From Candidatus Bathyarchaeia archaeon (GTDB lineage Archaea; Thermoproteota; Bathyarchaeia; Bathyarchaeales; Bathyarchaeaceae): a stretch of DNA of 58,677 nt. Location: NCBI GenBank assembly GCA_046760805.1, contig JBHIEV010000002.1, positions 1 through 58,677 of the forward strand, read 5' to 3'. The notes below the pieces were generated by a model, which had not been told where the DNA came from, made no database searches, and saw nothing but the letters and a program-made list of their open reading frames with translations. Position 1 is the stretch's first letter. The number at the start of each line of letters is the position of its first letter. A program made the translations under genes and the position numbers. Shown here one piece after another: positions 51,650 to 58,677 of the stretch.

Positions 51650-52027
51650 TTGGCGATGGTCAGAGAGCTCCTAAAGCACGTATTCAAGAAGCCCGCCACT
51701 CTTAGATACCCGTCTGAGAAGAAGAAACCGATCAAGGGCATGCGAGGAAGACCCGTCTGGGACATAGAGCGTTGCGTCGGATGCGAACTCTGCTTTAGAG
51801 ATTGCCCTTCTGGAGCCATTGAGATGATTGGAAAGGGTTCTCAGGCTGAATTCAAACACTATCTCGATCGATGCATATTCTGCGGATGGTGCGCTGAAGT
51901 TTGTCCTACTGACGCAATCACGATGACGGAAGAGTACGAGTTAGCCGGTTTCGATCGGGCCGAGATGATCATAGAGTTTAAGAGAGCACGAGATGAAGAA
52001 TCTAGTCAGTCAAACGAAAACGAGTGA
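51650..52027 (+). CDS. NuoI / EchF / MbhN-like 2x[4Fe-4S] ferredoxin subunit
   Basis: Motifs CVGCELCFRDCP and CIFCGWCAEVCP are present. Confidence 0.85.
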   Translation: MAMVRELLKHVFKKPATLRYPSEKKKPIKGMRGRPVWDIERCVGCELCFRDCPSGAIEMIGKGSQAEFKHYLDRCIFCGWCAEVCPTDAITMTEEYELAGFDRAEMIIEFKRARDEESSQSNENE

Positions 52028-52055
52028 AGACTTAAAGTGCGTTCATTCTCTCCCT

Positions 52056-52792
52056 CTATAGGTCGCCACAAATTGGGCACTTAGCGTTCCTCTTCATCTC
52101 CACCATCTCGAAGACCATCTCTTTCCCATTCAGAAATAGCATTCTTCCAACGAGGGGCTCTCCTATCCCTGTAACAAGCTTGATAGCCTCCATAACCTGC
52201 AACGATGCAAACAAGGCTGGAGTAGCACCCAACACTGGGAACCTTTCAACTTCAGGGGGTCTTTCGGAAATATGCATCGTAGGCAAGGCCCTCTGCCAGG
52301 TAATAAAGCAGTCATTTGTCCATGTAACGCTGAGATGCCAGCATGAACAAATGGCGTGACTTTTGTTACGCAATACTCATTAATGAAAAATCTCGTTCTC
52401 CAGTTGTCCATCCCATCCACAACTACGTCTGCACCTTTAAAGAGGCCTTCCACGCTATCCTTGCTGATCTTGGCGATTATGGCTTCCACTTCAATTTCAG
52501 GGTTTAATGCCTCAAGCTTCTCCTTAGCGACTTCAGCCTTAGACCGTCCGATATCTCTCTGCCAACAAAGAATCTGACGATTTAGGTCACTTAGCTGGAA
52601 TTTCTCCTCGTCTATGAGGATGACTTTTCCGATTCCAGCCGCTGCGAGGTAGAGTGATGATGGGCATCCTAACCCACCGAGACCAGCTACCGCAACTTTG
52701 GAAGCCTTCGGCTTTTTCTGTCCCTCTAATCCCAGACCAGGAATCAGCATCTGTCGGTTGTAGCGCTCCAACTCTGAAAGCGATAGCCTCAT
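52056..52792 (-). pseudogene. ThiF/MoeB/UbaA-type E1-like adenylyltransferase interrupted by a 1-nt frameshift at a homopolymer
   Basis: The N-terminal part lies in the frame of ORF 52163..52978 (start ATG 52792: MRLSLSELERYNRQ, GLGGLG, CLRC). The C-terminal part lies in the frame of ORF 52056..52373 (PPEVERFPVLGATP...CPIC). The frames meet at the G5 run at 52255-52259. Confidence 0.75.
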
Positions 52793-52871
52793 CTGAGAAC
52801 CCTCAAGGCTAAGTCTACGTCTGCATAAATAATAGTTTTCAGTTATAGTGAGGGAAGATGTTTGAAACAAT

Positions 52872-53207
52872 ATGTGGTGTTTGATCGTGCATTTGGTGGT
52901 TCTCGTTACAACATCAAGTGTGAAAGAGGCGGAGCAGATAGCGCAAGAACTACTCAAAAAGCGATTAGCAGCATGCATAAATACTATACCAACCGTTCAA
53001 TCGAGATTTTGGTGGAAAGGAAGGATTGAGCGGTGCGACGAAGCTTTGATGATTATCAAGTCGAGAAGTGAGCTGTTTGATGAACTGGCCGAATCGGTTA
53101 GAGCCATCCACTCATATCAAGTTCCCGAGATAATTGGTGTTCCAGTTCAGCAAGGTTTAACCGAATATCTCGACTGGATCGACAAGGCCACACATAAGTC
53201 GTCATAA
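52872..53207 (+). CDS. cutA: CutA1 divalent-cation tolerance family protein
   Basis: Motifs VVLVTTSSVKEAEQIAQELLKKRLAACIN, SRFWWKG and SYQVPEII are present. Confidence 0.85.
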   Translation: MWCLIVHLVVLVTTSSVKEAEQIAQELLKKRLAACINTIPTVQSRFWWKGRIERCDEALMIIKSRSELFDELAESVRAIHSYQVPEIIGVPVQQGLTEYLDWIDKATHKSS

Positions 53208-53266
53208 ACTTTAAACAGAAGGGCTAAACTTTAACTTACATAGAAAGCCTACAGTGAGATGCAACA

Positions 53267-53536
53267 ATGGAAGTGAGGATTAGATACCTGAGCCAGGATA
53301 TAGCAGAGCAGTTTGGCTCAAGCGAGAAGAGGGAGATCGTCCACTTATCCGATAACGCCACTTATGATCAACTCTTGGGTCTACTTGAAAAGAAGTGTGG
53401 AAAAGCAGAGACGGGAGAAGAAGCGTTCGACACGTTCTTTTTTGTATGCGAAGGAAAGCCTCTCACTGCAATAAGGGATGAATTGATAAATCCAGATAGA
53501 GAGGTGTTAGTTGCACACAAAGTCTTTGGCGGATAG
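53267..53536 (+). CDS. Ubiquitin-like beta-grasp sulfur-carrier / SAMP-like protein (MoaD/ThiS family) ending in Gly-Gly
   Basis: It is 89 aa with the C-terminus ...VLVAHKVFGG-stop. The beta-grasp-like pattern starts with MEVRIRY. Confidence 0.7.
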   Translation: MEVRIRYLSQDIAEQFGSSEKREIVHLSDNATYDQLLGLLEKKCGKAETGEEAFDTFFFVCEGKPLTAIRDELINPDREVLVAHKVFGG

Positions 53537-53676
53537 CCATCTTTCACACGCAATACGAGACAGAGACAAAAGACATCGACAATTATTGTGAAGTTCTTAT
53601 CAGCTAGAAAGATATTGCTTATATTTTAGAAGATGGTGAGATAGGGCATTAGAACCTTTGGCGGGAGGTGAATGGC

Positions 53677-53754
53677 TTGAGTTGCTGTAAGAAGAAAAGG
53701 ACCAAGAATCCTTGCGGTTCAAAAGAGACCAAAAAGGAAGAAGAGTGTAAGTAA
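53677..53754 (+). CDS. Candidate mini-ORF encoding the 25-aa Cys/Lys-rich peptide MSCCKKKRTKNPCGSKETKKEEECK
   Basis: The TTG start lies 6 nt after GGAGGTG (53664-53670). A TATA-like TTATATTTTA (53619-53628) sits about 50 nt upstream. Stop TAA at 53752-53754. Confidence 0.25.
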   Translation: MSCCKKKRTKNPCGSKETKKEEECK

Positions 53755-53795
53755 TCCACGAAGACGTACCAAAGTTCTCAACAGTTTCTATATAC

Positions 53796-53816
53796 ACACA
53801 ACAGTAGCTGTTGTGT
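53796..53816. promoter_or_regulatory. Perfect palindrome ACACAACAG-TAG-CTGTTGTGT immediately downstream of a TATA-like box (TTTCTATATA, 53785-53794), a candidate repressor operator for the second Ubl gene
   Basis: It has 9-bp perfect arms and a 3-nt spacer. It lies between the TATA-like box and the expected transcription start, about 60 nt upstream of ATG 53875. Confidence 0.4.
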
Positions 53817-53874
53817 TGATGAAATACAAATATCTAGGGAAAACTAGACAATAGAGCTGCCAGTGGGAGTCTTC

Positions 53875-54156
53875 ATGAATGGTCAAATTAAGGTCTTGCT
53901 TGCCGCAAGGTTTAGAGAGATTGCTGGACAGAGAGAGATTCTAGAGAAAATTGGTTCAGACACAACTTTAGAAGACATCCTGAGAACTTTGGCGAAAAGG
54001 CATGGAAGAGACTTCAACCAGATAATCGATTCGAAAACTGGGCAAATCAGCTCAGAAAACTGGGTCATGGTTAATGGTAAAAGCGTTAGAAGAATAGATA
54101 TCGAGTTAAAAGAGAATGACGTTGTGGTAATTACTGTTCCCGCTGGCGGAGGATAA
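53875..54156 (+). CDS. Ubiquitin-like beta-grasp MoaD/ThiS/SAMP-family protein ending in Gly-Gly-Gly
   Basis: It has the MoaD-like N-terminus MNGQIKVLLAARFREIAG and the C-terminus ITVPAGGG-stop. ATG 53875 lies 5 nt after GGGAG (the track ORF starts at GTG 53863). Confidence 0.75.
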   Translation: MNGQIKVLLAARFREIAGQREILEKIGSDTTLEDILRTLAKRHGRDFNQIIDSKTGQISSENWVMVNGKSVRRIDIELKENDVVVITVPAGGG

Positions 54157-54333
54157 GATCGCACTAACCAGAGCTGAAGATCAGTTGCAAGTCGCGGATC
54201 GCTAGCTTTCTCGTTCTTCTTGACAGTCTTACCTTTAATGAATATACATAAAACCCAAACTTCAAAGGAAATGCATATTTATACTAGTGCCATAGAGAGA
54301 AATGACTGAAATACATGGTTCCAGAACATTCTG

Positions 54334-55575
54334 TTGGAGGATTCTCCTATTTTTGAAAGTGTCGAGAAGCTGATTAAGGCCCATGAAGGAATCGAAAGAG
54401 AAGTCTACCTGGACCTAGAGAACTGCAGTCCCATACCTGCAGAAGTAGTTGAGGCGATGGTTCCATACTTCTCCGAGAAAGCTTACGGTAATCCAACGGT
54501 AACCCACAAGCCCGGCTGGATGGCTTATGAGACGATTCAGAAGGTTTCTCAGCAAGTCGCGGGCTATGTTGGGGCAACTTCGGTTGAGGAGATAAACTTC
54601 ACTCCTAGCGAAACAGAAGCTAACAACCAAGCTTTGATTGGTACAGCATTGGCGAACAAAAAGAAGGGCAACAGGATAGTTATTTCGGAGATAGAGCCTC
54701 TGAGCATAAAGTTCTCTTCAAACATACTTGAAAAATACGGCTTTAAAATCGACAAAATTCCAGTTGATAAAGAAGGCTTCGTGGACTTAGAGAAGCTTCT
54801 TAGTGCCGTTGATGAAGAGACCATTCTCGTCAGCATAATGTTGGTCAATCATGAAATTGGAACGGTAGAACCGATTAGGGAAGCCGTTGAACTGGTCAAG
54901 GAGAAGAATCCTGAGACTCTATTTCACACAGATGCATCAGATGCCTACGGGAGAATCCCCGTAAACGTTAACGAGCTAGGAGTCGACTTGATGACGCTGA
55001 GCAGCTACAAAATTCTTGGTCCGAGGGGAGTTGGTGTGCTATACGTTAGAGAGGGAGTGAACGTTGAGAGACTCTTGGAGGGACAGATTGGGACACAGAA
55101 GCTTTGGCCCGGAGTGGAGAATGTACCCTTAATAATGGGCTTCCTCAAGGCGTCGGAGCTTGCGTTCAAAAAGTTTGACGAAAATGTCTCACAGATGAGG
55201 AAGTTAAGGGACAAATTGACAGGGGGAATTCTTGACAGAATATCTGAAACACTTTTGAACGGACCAAAAGGGCTCAAGAGGGCTCCAGACAACGTAAATA
55301 TAAGCTTTCTACACTGTGAGGGTGAAGCTTTGACCATCGAGTTGAGTTTGAACGGTGTTTATGTCTCAAGTGGAAGCGCATGCACCAGACTGCTTCTTCA
55401 GCCAAGCCACGTCTTAACAGCCATCGGAAGAGAGTTTGAGGAGGCACATGGAAGCATCCTAATGAAGGTGACTAGATACCATACAGATGAAGACATTGAA
55501 TACGTTCTCGAGGTGTTGCCACAAGCTGTCAAAAGACTTCGAGAAATAAGCCCGATTAAAGGAGGCGCAGGATAG
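54334..55575 (+). CDS. Class-V aminotransferase, group I (IscS/NifS-like) cysteine desulfurase
   Basis: The PLP-lysine region is SSYKILGPRGVG and the active-site loop is SSGSACTRLLLQPSHVLTAIG. TTG start. Confidence 0.85.
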   Translation: MEDSPIFESVEKLIKAHEGIEREVYLDLENCSPIPAEVVEAMVPYFSEKAYGNPTVTHKPGWMAYETIQKVSQQVAGYVGATSVEEINFTPSETEANNQALIGTALANKKKGNRIVISEIEPLSIKFSSNILEKYGFKIDKIPVDKEGFVDLEKLLSAVDEETILVSIMLVNHEIGTVEPIREAVELVKEKNPETLFHTDASDAYGRIPVNVNELGVDLMTLSSYKILGPRGVGVLYVREGVNVERLLEGQIGTQKLWPGVENVPLIMGFLKASELAFKKFDENVSQMRKLRDKLTGGILDRISETLLNGPKGLKRAPDNVNISFLHCEGEALTIELSLNGVYVSSGSACTRLLLQPSHVLTAIGREFEEAHGSILMKVTRYHTDEDIEYVLEVLPQAVKRLREISPIKGGAG

Positions 55576-55576
55576 A

Positions 55577-56071
55577 GTGTCAAGAGCGCCACTACCCTAT
55601 AGTTCCAAGATACTGGAGCTTTTTAGAAATCCAAGGAACCTCGGTAAAATGGAGGATGCGACCGTCTCATCCGTTGCTGGAAGCCCAGCATGCGGAGACA
55701 TGATAGCCTTCTACTTGAAGATAAATGAGAAGGAGGAAGTTATAGAGAAAGCAAGCTTCGAAAGCTATGGATGTGCAGCCAACATCGCAACCGCCAGCAT
55801 TACAACAGAAATGGTTAAAGGCAAAGAATTGAAGGAAGCCTGGAAGATTTCTTGGAAAGAGGTTGCGGATGAAGTTGGTGGCTTACCTACTGTGAAGTTT
55901 CATTGTGGAATTCTGTCTATAGGTGCAGTTAGAAGAGCGATTAGAGAATACTATAAGAAGAAAGGTGAAAAACCAAGCTGGCTACAGGATGAACTAACCT
56001 TCGAGGAGAAGCAAGCTTTAGAAGAGGAGGAGTTAGCCAAGGCTCTATCGAAGAAGATTGGAGGAAAATAG
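55577..56071 (+). CDS. iscU: IscU/NifU-like Fe-S cluster scaffold
   Basis: The three scaffold cysteines are in their usual contexts (GSPACGD, YGCAANIA, KFHCGIL). GTG start 1 nt after the desulfurase stop. Confidence 0.85.
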   Translation: MSRAPLPYSSKILELFRNPRNLGKMEDATVSSVAGSPACGDMIAFYLKINEKEEVIEKASFESYGCAANIATASITTEMVKGKELKEAWKISWKEVADEVGGLPTVKFHCGILSIGAVRRAIREYYKKKGEKPSWLQDELTFEEKQALEEEELAKALSKKIGGK

Positions 56072-56081
56072 AGAAGGAAGT

Positions 56082-56348
56082 ATGTTGCTAAAGGAGTATG
56101 TAAGTAGAATCGAGGAGGCTTGCGGAGAAGGTAGAGACTTCATCGTTATGTTGAAGTATGCTAAAAGGGAAGAGGCGATTAACAGAATACTTGAAAAGTG
56201 TAAGATTGAACGCACTCTTTCACGGGTTATGACGAAGGGGAAATATAAGAATAAAGACGTTAGTGTTTTTGTGACAGGAAAACTCATTCTCAAGGGCTTA
56301 AAAGGGAGAGAAGAAGCCGAAGAAATCCTAGAAGAGCTACTCACTTGA
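56082..56348 (+). CDS. Hypothetical small protein co-oriented with the iscS-iscU pair
   Basis: ATG 56082 follows GAAGGAAG. It is 88 aa with no family recognised. The track ORF starts at 56058 and overlaps the iscU end. Confidence 0.4.
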   Translation: MLLKEYVSRIEEACGEGRDFIVMLKYAKREEAINRILEKCKIERTLSRVMTKGKYKNKDVSVFVTGKLILKGLKGREEAEEILEELLT

Positions 56349-56383
56349 TGGGAACCAAATAGTGTAATTCCCTGAATCATCAC

Positions 56384-57598
56384 TCATTTGACCAAACTTT
56401 CTGCTATTTCTTTGACGGTTGACACAAGCTTGTCTATTTCCTCTCTTGTGTTATAAAAGTAGGCTGAAGCTCGAACGCTTCCTGTTTTGCGGATGAGATT
56501 TTTTGTGAGTGGAAGGGCGCAGTGATGGCCTGAACGTACCATGATATCAGCTGAAACGTCGAGGGCTAAAGCAACATCATGTGGATTCAAGTCGCCAACG
56601 TTGAATGCTGTAATCCCAATTTTGTTTTTGGGTTCGGGACCGTAGACTTCAACTTTGGGAATTTTTTTGAAATTTTCATACATCTGTTGAGTAAGTTCTT
56701 TCTCGTAGTTTTCAATCTTATCCATTCCTATTCCCTGGAGGTAATTCACTGCGGCTCCAAGACCGATGGCCTCCGCAATGGCTGGCGTTCCAGCCTCGAA
56801 TCGCGTGGGGCTTTCATCAAGTCGGTAGTAGTCGAGACCTACGTCTGCTATAGTTCCTCCGCCTATGCACAAGGGTTCAATTTCGTCGATCAACTCCTCT
56901 CTGATGTATAGGGCTCCTGATCCTGTTGGAGCGCACATCTTATGACCACTAAAAGCAATGAAGTCACATGCAATCTTCTGGACATCTACCTTCATGTGGG
57001 GAACGGACTGCGCCCCATCAAGGAGGACGTAGGCGCCGTGTTCGTGCGCTATCTTTGTTATCTCTCTGACGGGCTCTATTACTCCCAAGACGTTTGATAC
57101 GTGGGTTATGGCTACCAGCTTTGTCCGGTCGTCAATTGACTTTTCGAAATCGGCTGGGTCCAAGATTCCTTGCACAGCGGGTTCGCTGGGCCTGACGATT
57201 TCTAGGTTTGCATGGTGTCGTTTCTTCACGCGGAGCCAGACGATGAAATTGGAGTGATGCTCAATAAGTGAGGTGACAATTTTGTCTCCTCTTTGCCAGT
57301 TTAAGCCGTTGGAGATGATGTTTATTCCCTCGGTGGTGTTTCGAGTGATAACAATTTCGGAATCGGATTTTGCGTTGATGAAGTCCGCAACCTTCGTGTG
57401 GGCGCGCTCGTATTCTTCACTGGCTTTTTGAGACAAGCGATGGACACCTCGCTCTACGTTAGCCCGATACTCACGGTAAAACTCTAAAATCTTCCGGAGG
57501 ACTGGTTCAGGAGTTAGGCTGGATGCCGCATTGTCCAAGTATACAATGCCTGAATCCAAGATTGGGAAGTCTTGTCTAATTTTCTCTAAATCTAACAA
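56384..57598 (-). CDS. sufS: Group II (SufS/CsdA-like) cysteine desulfurase
   Basis: Motifs FPILDSGIVYLDNAASS, FSGHKMCAPTGSGALY (PLP Lys) and the active-site RSGHHCALPL are present. TTG start. Confidence 0.88.
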   Translation of the reverse strand: MLDLEKIRQDFPILDSGIVYLDNAASSLTPEPVLRKILEFYREYRANVERGVHRLSQKASEEYERAHTKVADFINAKSDSEIVITRNTTEGINIISNGLNWQRGDKIVTSLIEHHSNFIVWLRVKKRHHANLEIVRPSEPAVQGILDPADFEKSIDDRTKLVAITHVSNVLGVIEPVREITKIAHEHGAYVLLDGAQSVPHMKVDVQKIACDFIAFSGHKMCAPTGSGALYIREELIDEIEPLCIGGGTIADVGLDYYRLDESPTRFEAGTPAIAEAIGLGAAVNYLQGIGMDKIENYEKELTQQMYENFKKIPKVEVYGPEPKNKIGITAFNVGDLNPHDVALALDVSADIMVRSGHHCALPLTKNLIRKTGSVRASAYFYNTREEIDKLVSTVKEIAESLVK

Positions 57599-57638
57599 CC
57601 GTGTACACCTCTTGCATGCACAACATCTTACTTTAACA

Positions 57639-57890
57639 TCACAGTTTTCTTATCAGTATGCGCCATTTTCCATCTTTGTCAGTTTCAACCTTTATTAATT
57701 CCATTTTCAGCTGTTTTGTTGTTCTTATTATGTCCACCCTCGATTCCTCGTGGGTTCCTATCACGAGAAGAACACTGTCTTTTTCGAGTTTATCTAAACT
57801 TCTTCTGAATTTTATTAAAGGTACAGGAATACCTCGCCTGATGTGTCTAGTACAGTATATGCTCCCACCATTAGTCCTCTCCGTCATCAC
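57639..57890 (-). CDS. TusA/SirA-fold protein lacking the canonical CPxP cysteine
   Basis: It aligns by eye with E. coli TusA through to the C-terminal ...RILIRK (TusA YLIRK). GLRCPEP is replaced here by RRGIPVP. Confidence 0.5.
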   Translation of the reverse strand: MMTERTNGGSIYCTRHIRRGIPVPLIKFRRSLDKLEKDSVLLVIGTHEESRVDIIRTTKQLKMELIKVETDKDGKWRILIRKL

Positions 57891-57999
57891 TAACGATACT
57901 TGGAATCTTTCGCGTTCTTTTTCATAGTTTTAAATAACGCTATTTCTCCATTTTTTAATAGTACTATATGCTCTCTCCTTTCTTCCTGTGCTTTAATTT

Positions 58000-58611
58000 T
58001 TATTTTTTCAAATTCCTCGTAAGTGTTCCCATCAAACTCCAAGCCCGTGACATTTTGGAATGGTTACGTAAAAACTCTCCATAATTTTCGCAAGAATCGG
58101 GAATGATGGTGACGATTAACCCTCTCTTATTTTCGTCATGAAGCTGTTCAGCAACTTTTAATGCACCGTAACAATTCGCCCCGCTTGAAATCCCTACAGG
58201 GATCTTAGCTTTCCATAAGTCTAACATAGTATTATAAGCGTCCTTGTCGCTGACCTCTATTATTTGGTCGCATAATTCTCTTGCTTCTTCAAAAAAGCGA
58301 GTTGCACCAAGCTCATCTCTGCTTCTTAGTCCTAACTGATGATGATCTTCTTGTGGTATGAGACCAATAATTTTGATATCTGGTATAGCTTCTCTCAGGT
58401 AATATCCGCACCCAATCATGGTTCCACATGTTCCAAGGCTTACAACAAAATGGGTTATTCCTCCACCCGTTTGATGATAAATTTCAGGTCCTGTTGTCAA
58501 GAAGTGTGATAGCGGATTGCCCAAGTCGTTGTACTGATCATAGTTGATGACCTCTAAATCTGTTTTTTCCACATATCTAGCGGCTGCTATGGCTTCACCT
58601 CTTTGCAGCAA
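58000..58611 (-). CDS. C-terminal two-thirds of a CysK/CysM-like PLP-dependent (Trp-synthase beta superfamily) enzyme. The N-terminal PLP-lysine region is not in the open frame.
   Basis: The blocks GNPLSHFLTTGPEIYHQTGGGITHFVVSLGTCGTMIGCGYYLRE and GISSGANCYGALKVA match the CysK Asn-loop-distal and GTGGT/SSG regions. An in-frame TGA at 58645-58647 lies upstream of the TTG at 58611. Confidence 0.6.
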   Translation of the reverse strand: MLQRGEAIAAARYVEKTDLEVINYDQYNDLGNPLSHFLTTGPEIYHQTGGGITHFVVSLGTCGTMIGCGYYLREAIPDIKIIGLIPQEDHHQLGLRSRDELGATRFFEEARELCDQIIEVSDKDAYNTMLDLWKAKIPVGISSGANCYGALKVAEQLHDENKRGLIVTIIPDSCENYGEFLRNHSKMSRAWSLMGTLTRNLKK

Positions 58612-58677
58612 CAGTCGGACAAATACGCAGTGAAATCGGCTTCGTCACGTAGTAGGTAAGACCCTGCTAGTCCGAAA

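Noticed and set aside
52793-52978. An N-terminal extension of the E1-like ORF (track start 52978)
   Set aside because: The extension overlaps the divergently transcribed cutA start and promoter region and lacks ThiF similarity. The canonical MRLSLSELERYNRQ start is at 52792.

Overview
This is a densely coding archaeal chromosomal segment. The archaeal markers are ABCE1, a short archaeal-type TIM, an aCPSF2-like beta-CASP RNase, Lrp/AsnC-type regulators, an IPCT/DIPPS-like fusion, TATA-like boxes and GGAGGT-type SD sites. I recognised no rRNA, tRNA, CRISPR array, transposase or integrase. 

Gene content in order:
- (1) Housekeeping block: asparaginase-like fragment, ABCE1, tpiA and a DUF89 protein.
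- (2) A Mg2+ module: a TM-only duplicated MgtE/SLC41-like transporter plus two tandem PhoU/TrkA-C proteins.
- (3) A glycogen/compatible-solute cluster: debranching enzyme, GH57 amylase, two GT-B glycosyltransferases, GalT-like transferase and IPCT/DIPPS-like fusion. It is interspersed with a radical SAM protein, an RHH protein plus ArsM, and an MFS transporter.
- (4) Miscellaneous genes: Pcp, EamA, TatD, beta-CASP RNase.
- (5) A large anaerobic redox/H2 island: TrxB, NfnAB, mvhG-mvhA-hdrA(::mvhD)-hdrC-hdrB, a second hdrCB pair, a full hypABCDEF set, and a four-gene group-4 [NiFe]-hydrogenase module.
- (6) A sulfur-carrier island: a frameshifted ThiF/MoeB-type E1, CutA, two beta-grasp proteins ending in Gly-Gly, IscS/NifS-like plus IscU, SufS-like, a Cys-less TusA-like protein and a truncated CysK-like gene.

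Most interesting observations:
- Two paralogous SD-preceded mini-ORFs encode poly-Glu/Trp peptides. One is followed by a poly-Lys mini-ORF and a hairpin+T6, and sits upstream of the Mg2+ transporter.
- The group-4 hydrogenase module has no membrane subunits.
- The E1 gene is split at a G5/C5 homopolymer, in a cluster where a second gene (CysK-like) also looks disrupted.
- A promoter/SD-equipped Cys-rich mini-ORF and a perfect operator-like palindrome lie between the two ubiquitin-like genes.

All functional calls come from motif recognition by eye. No database search was run.
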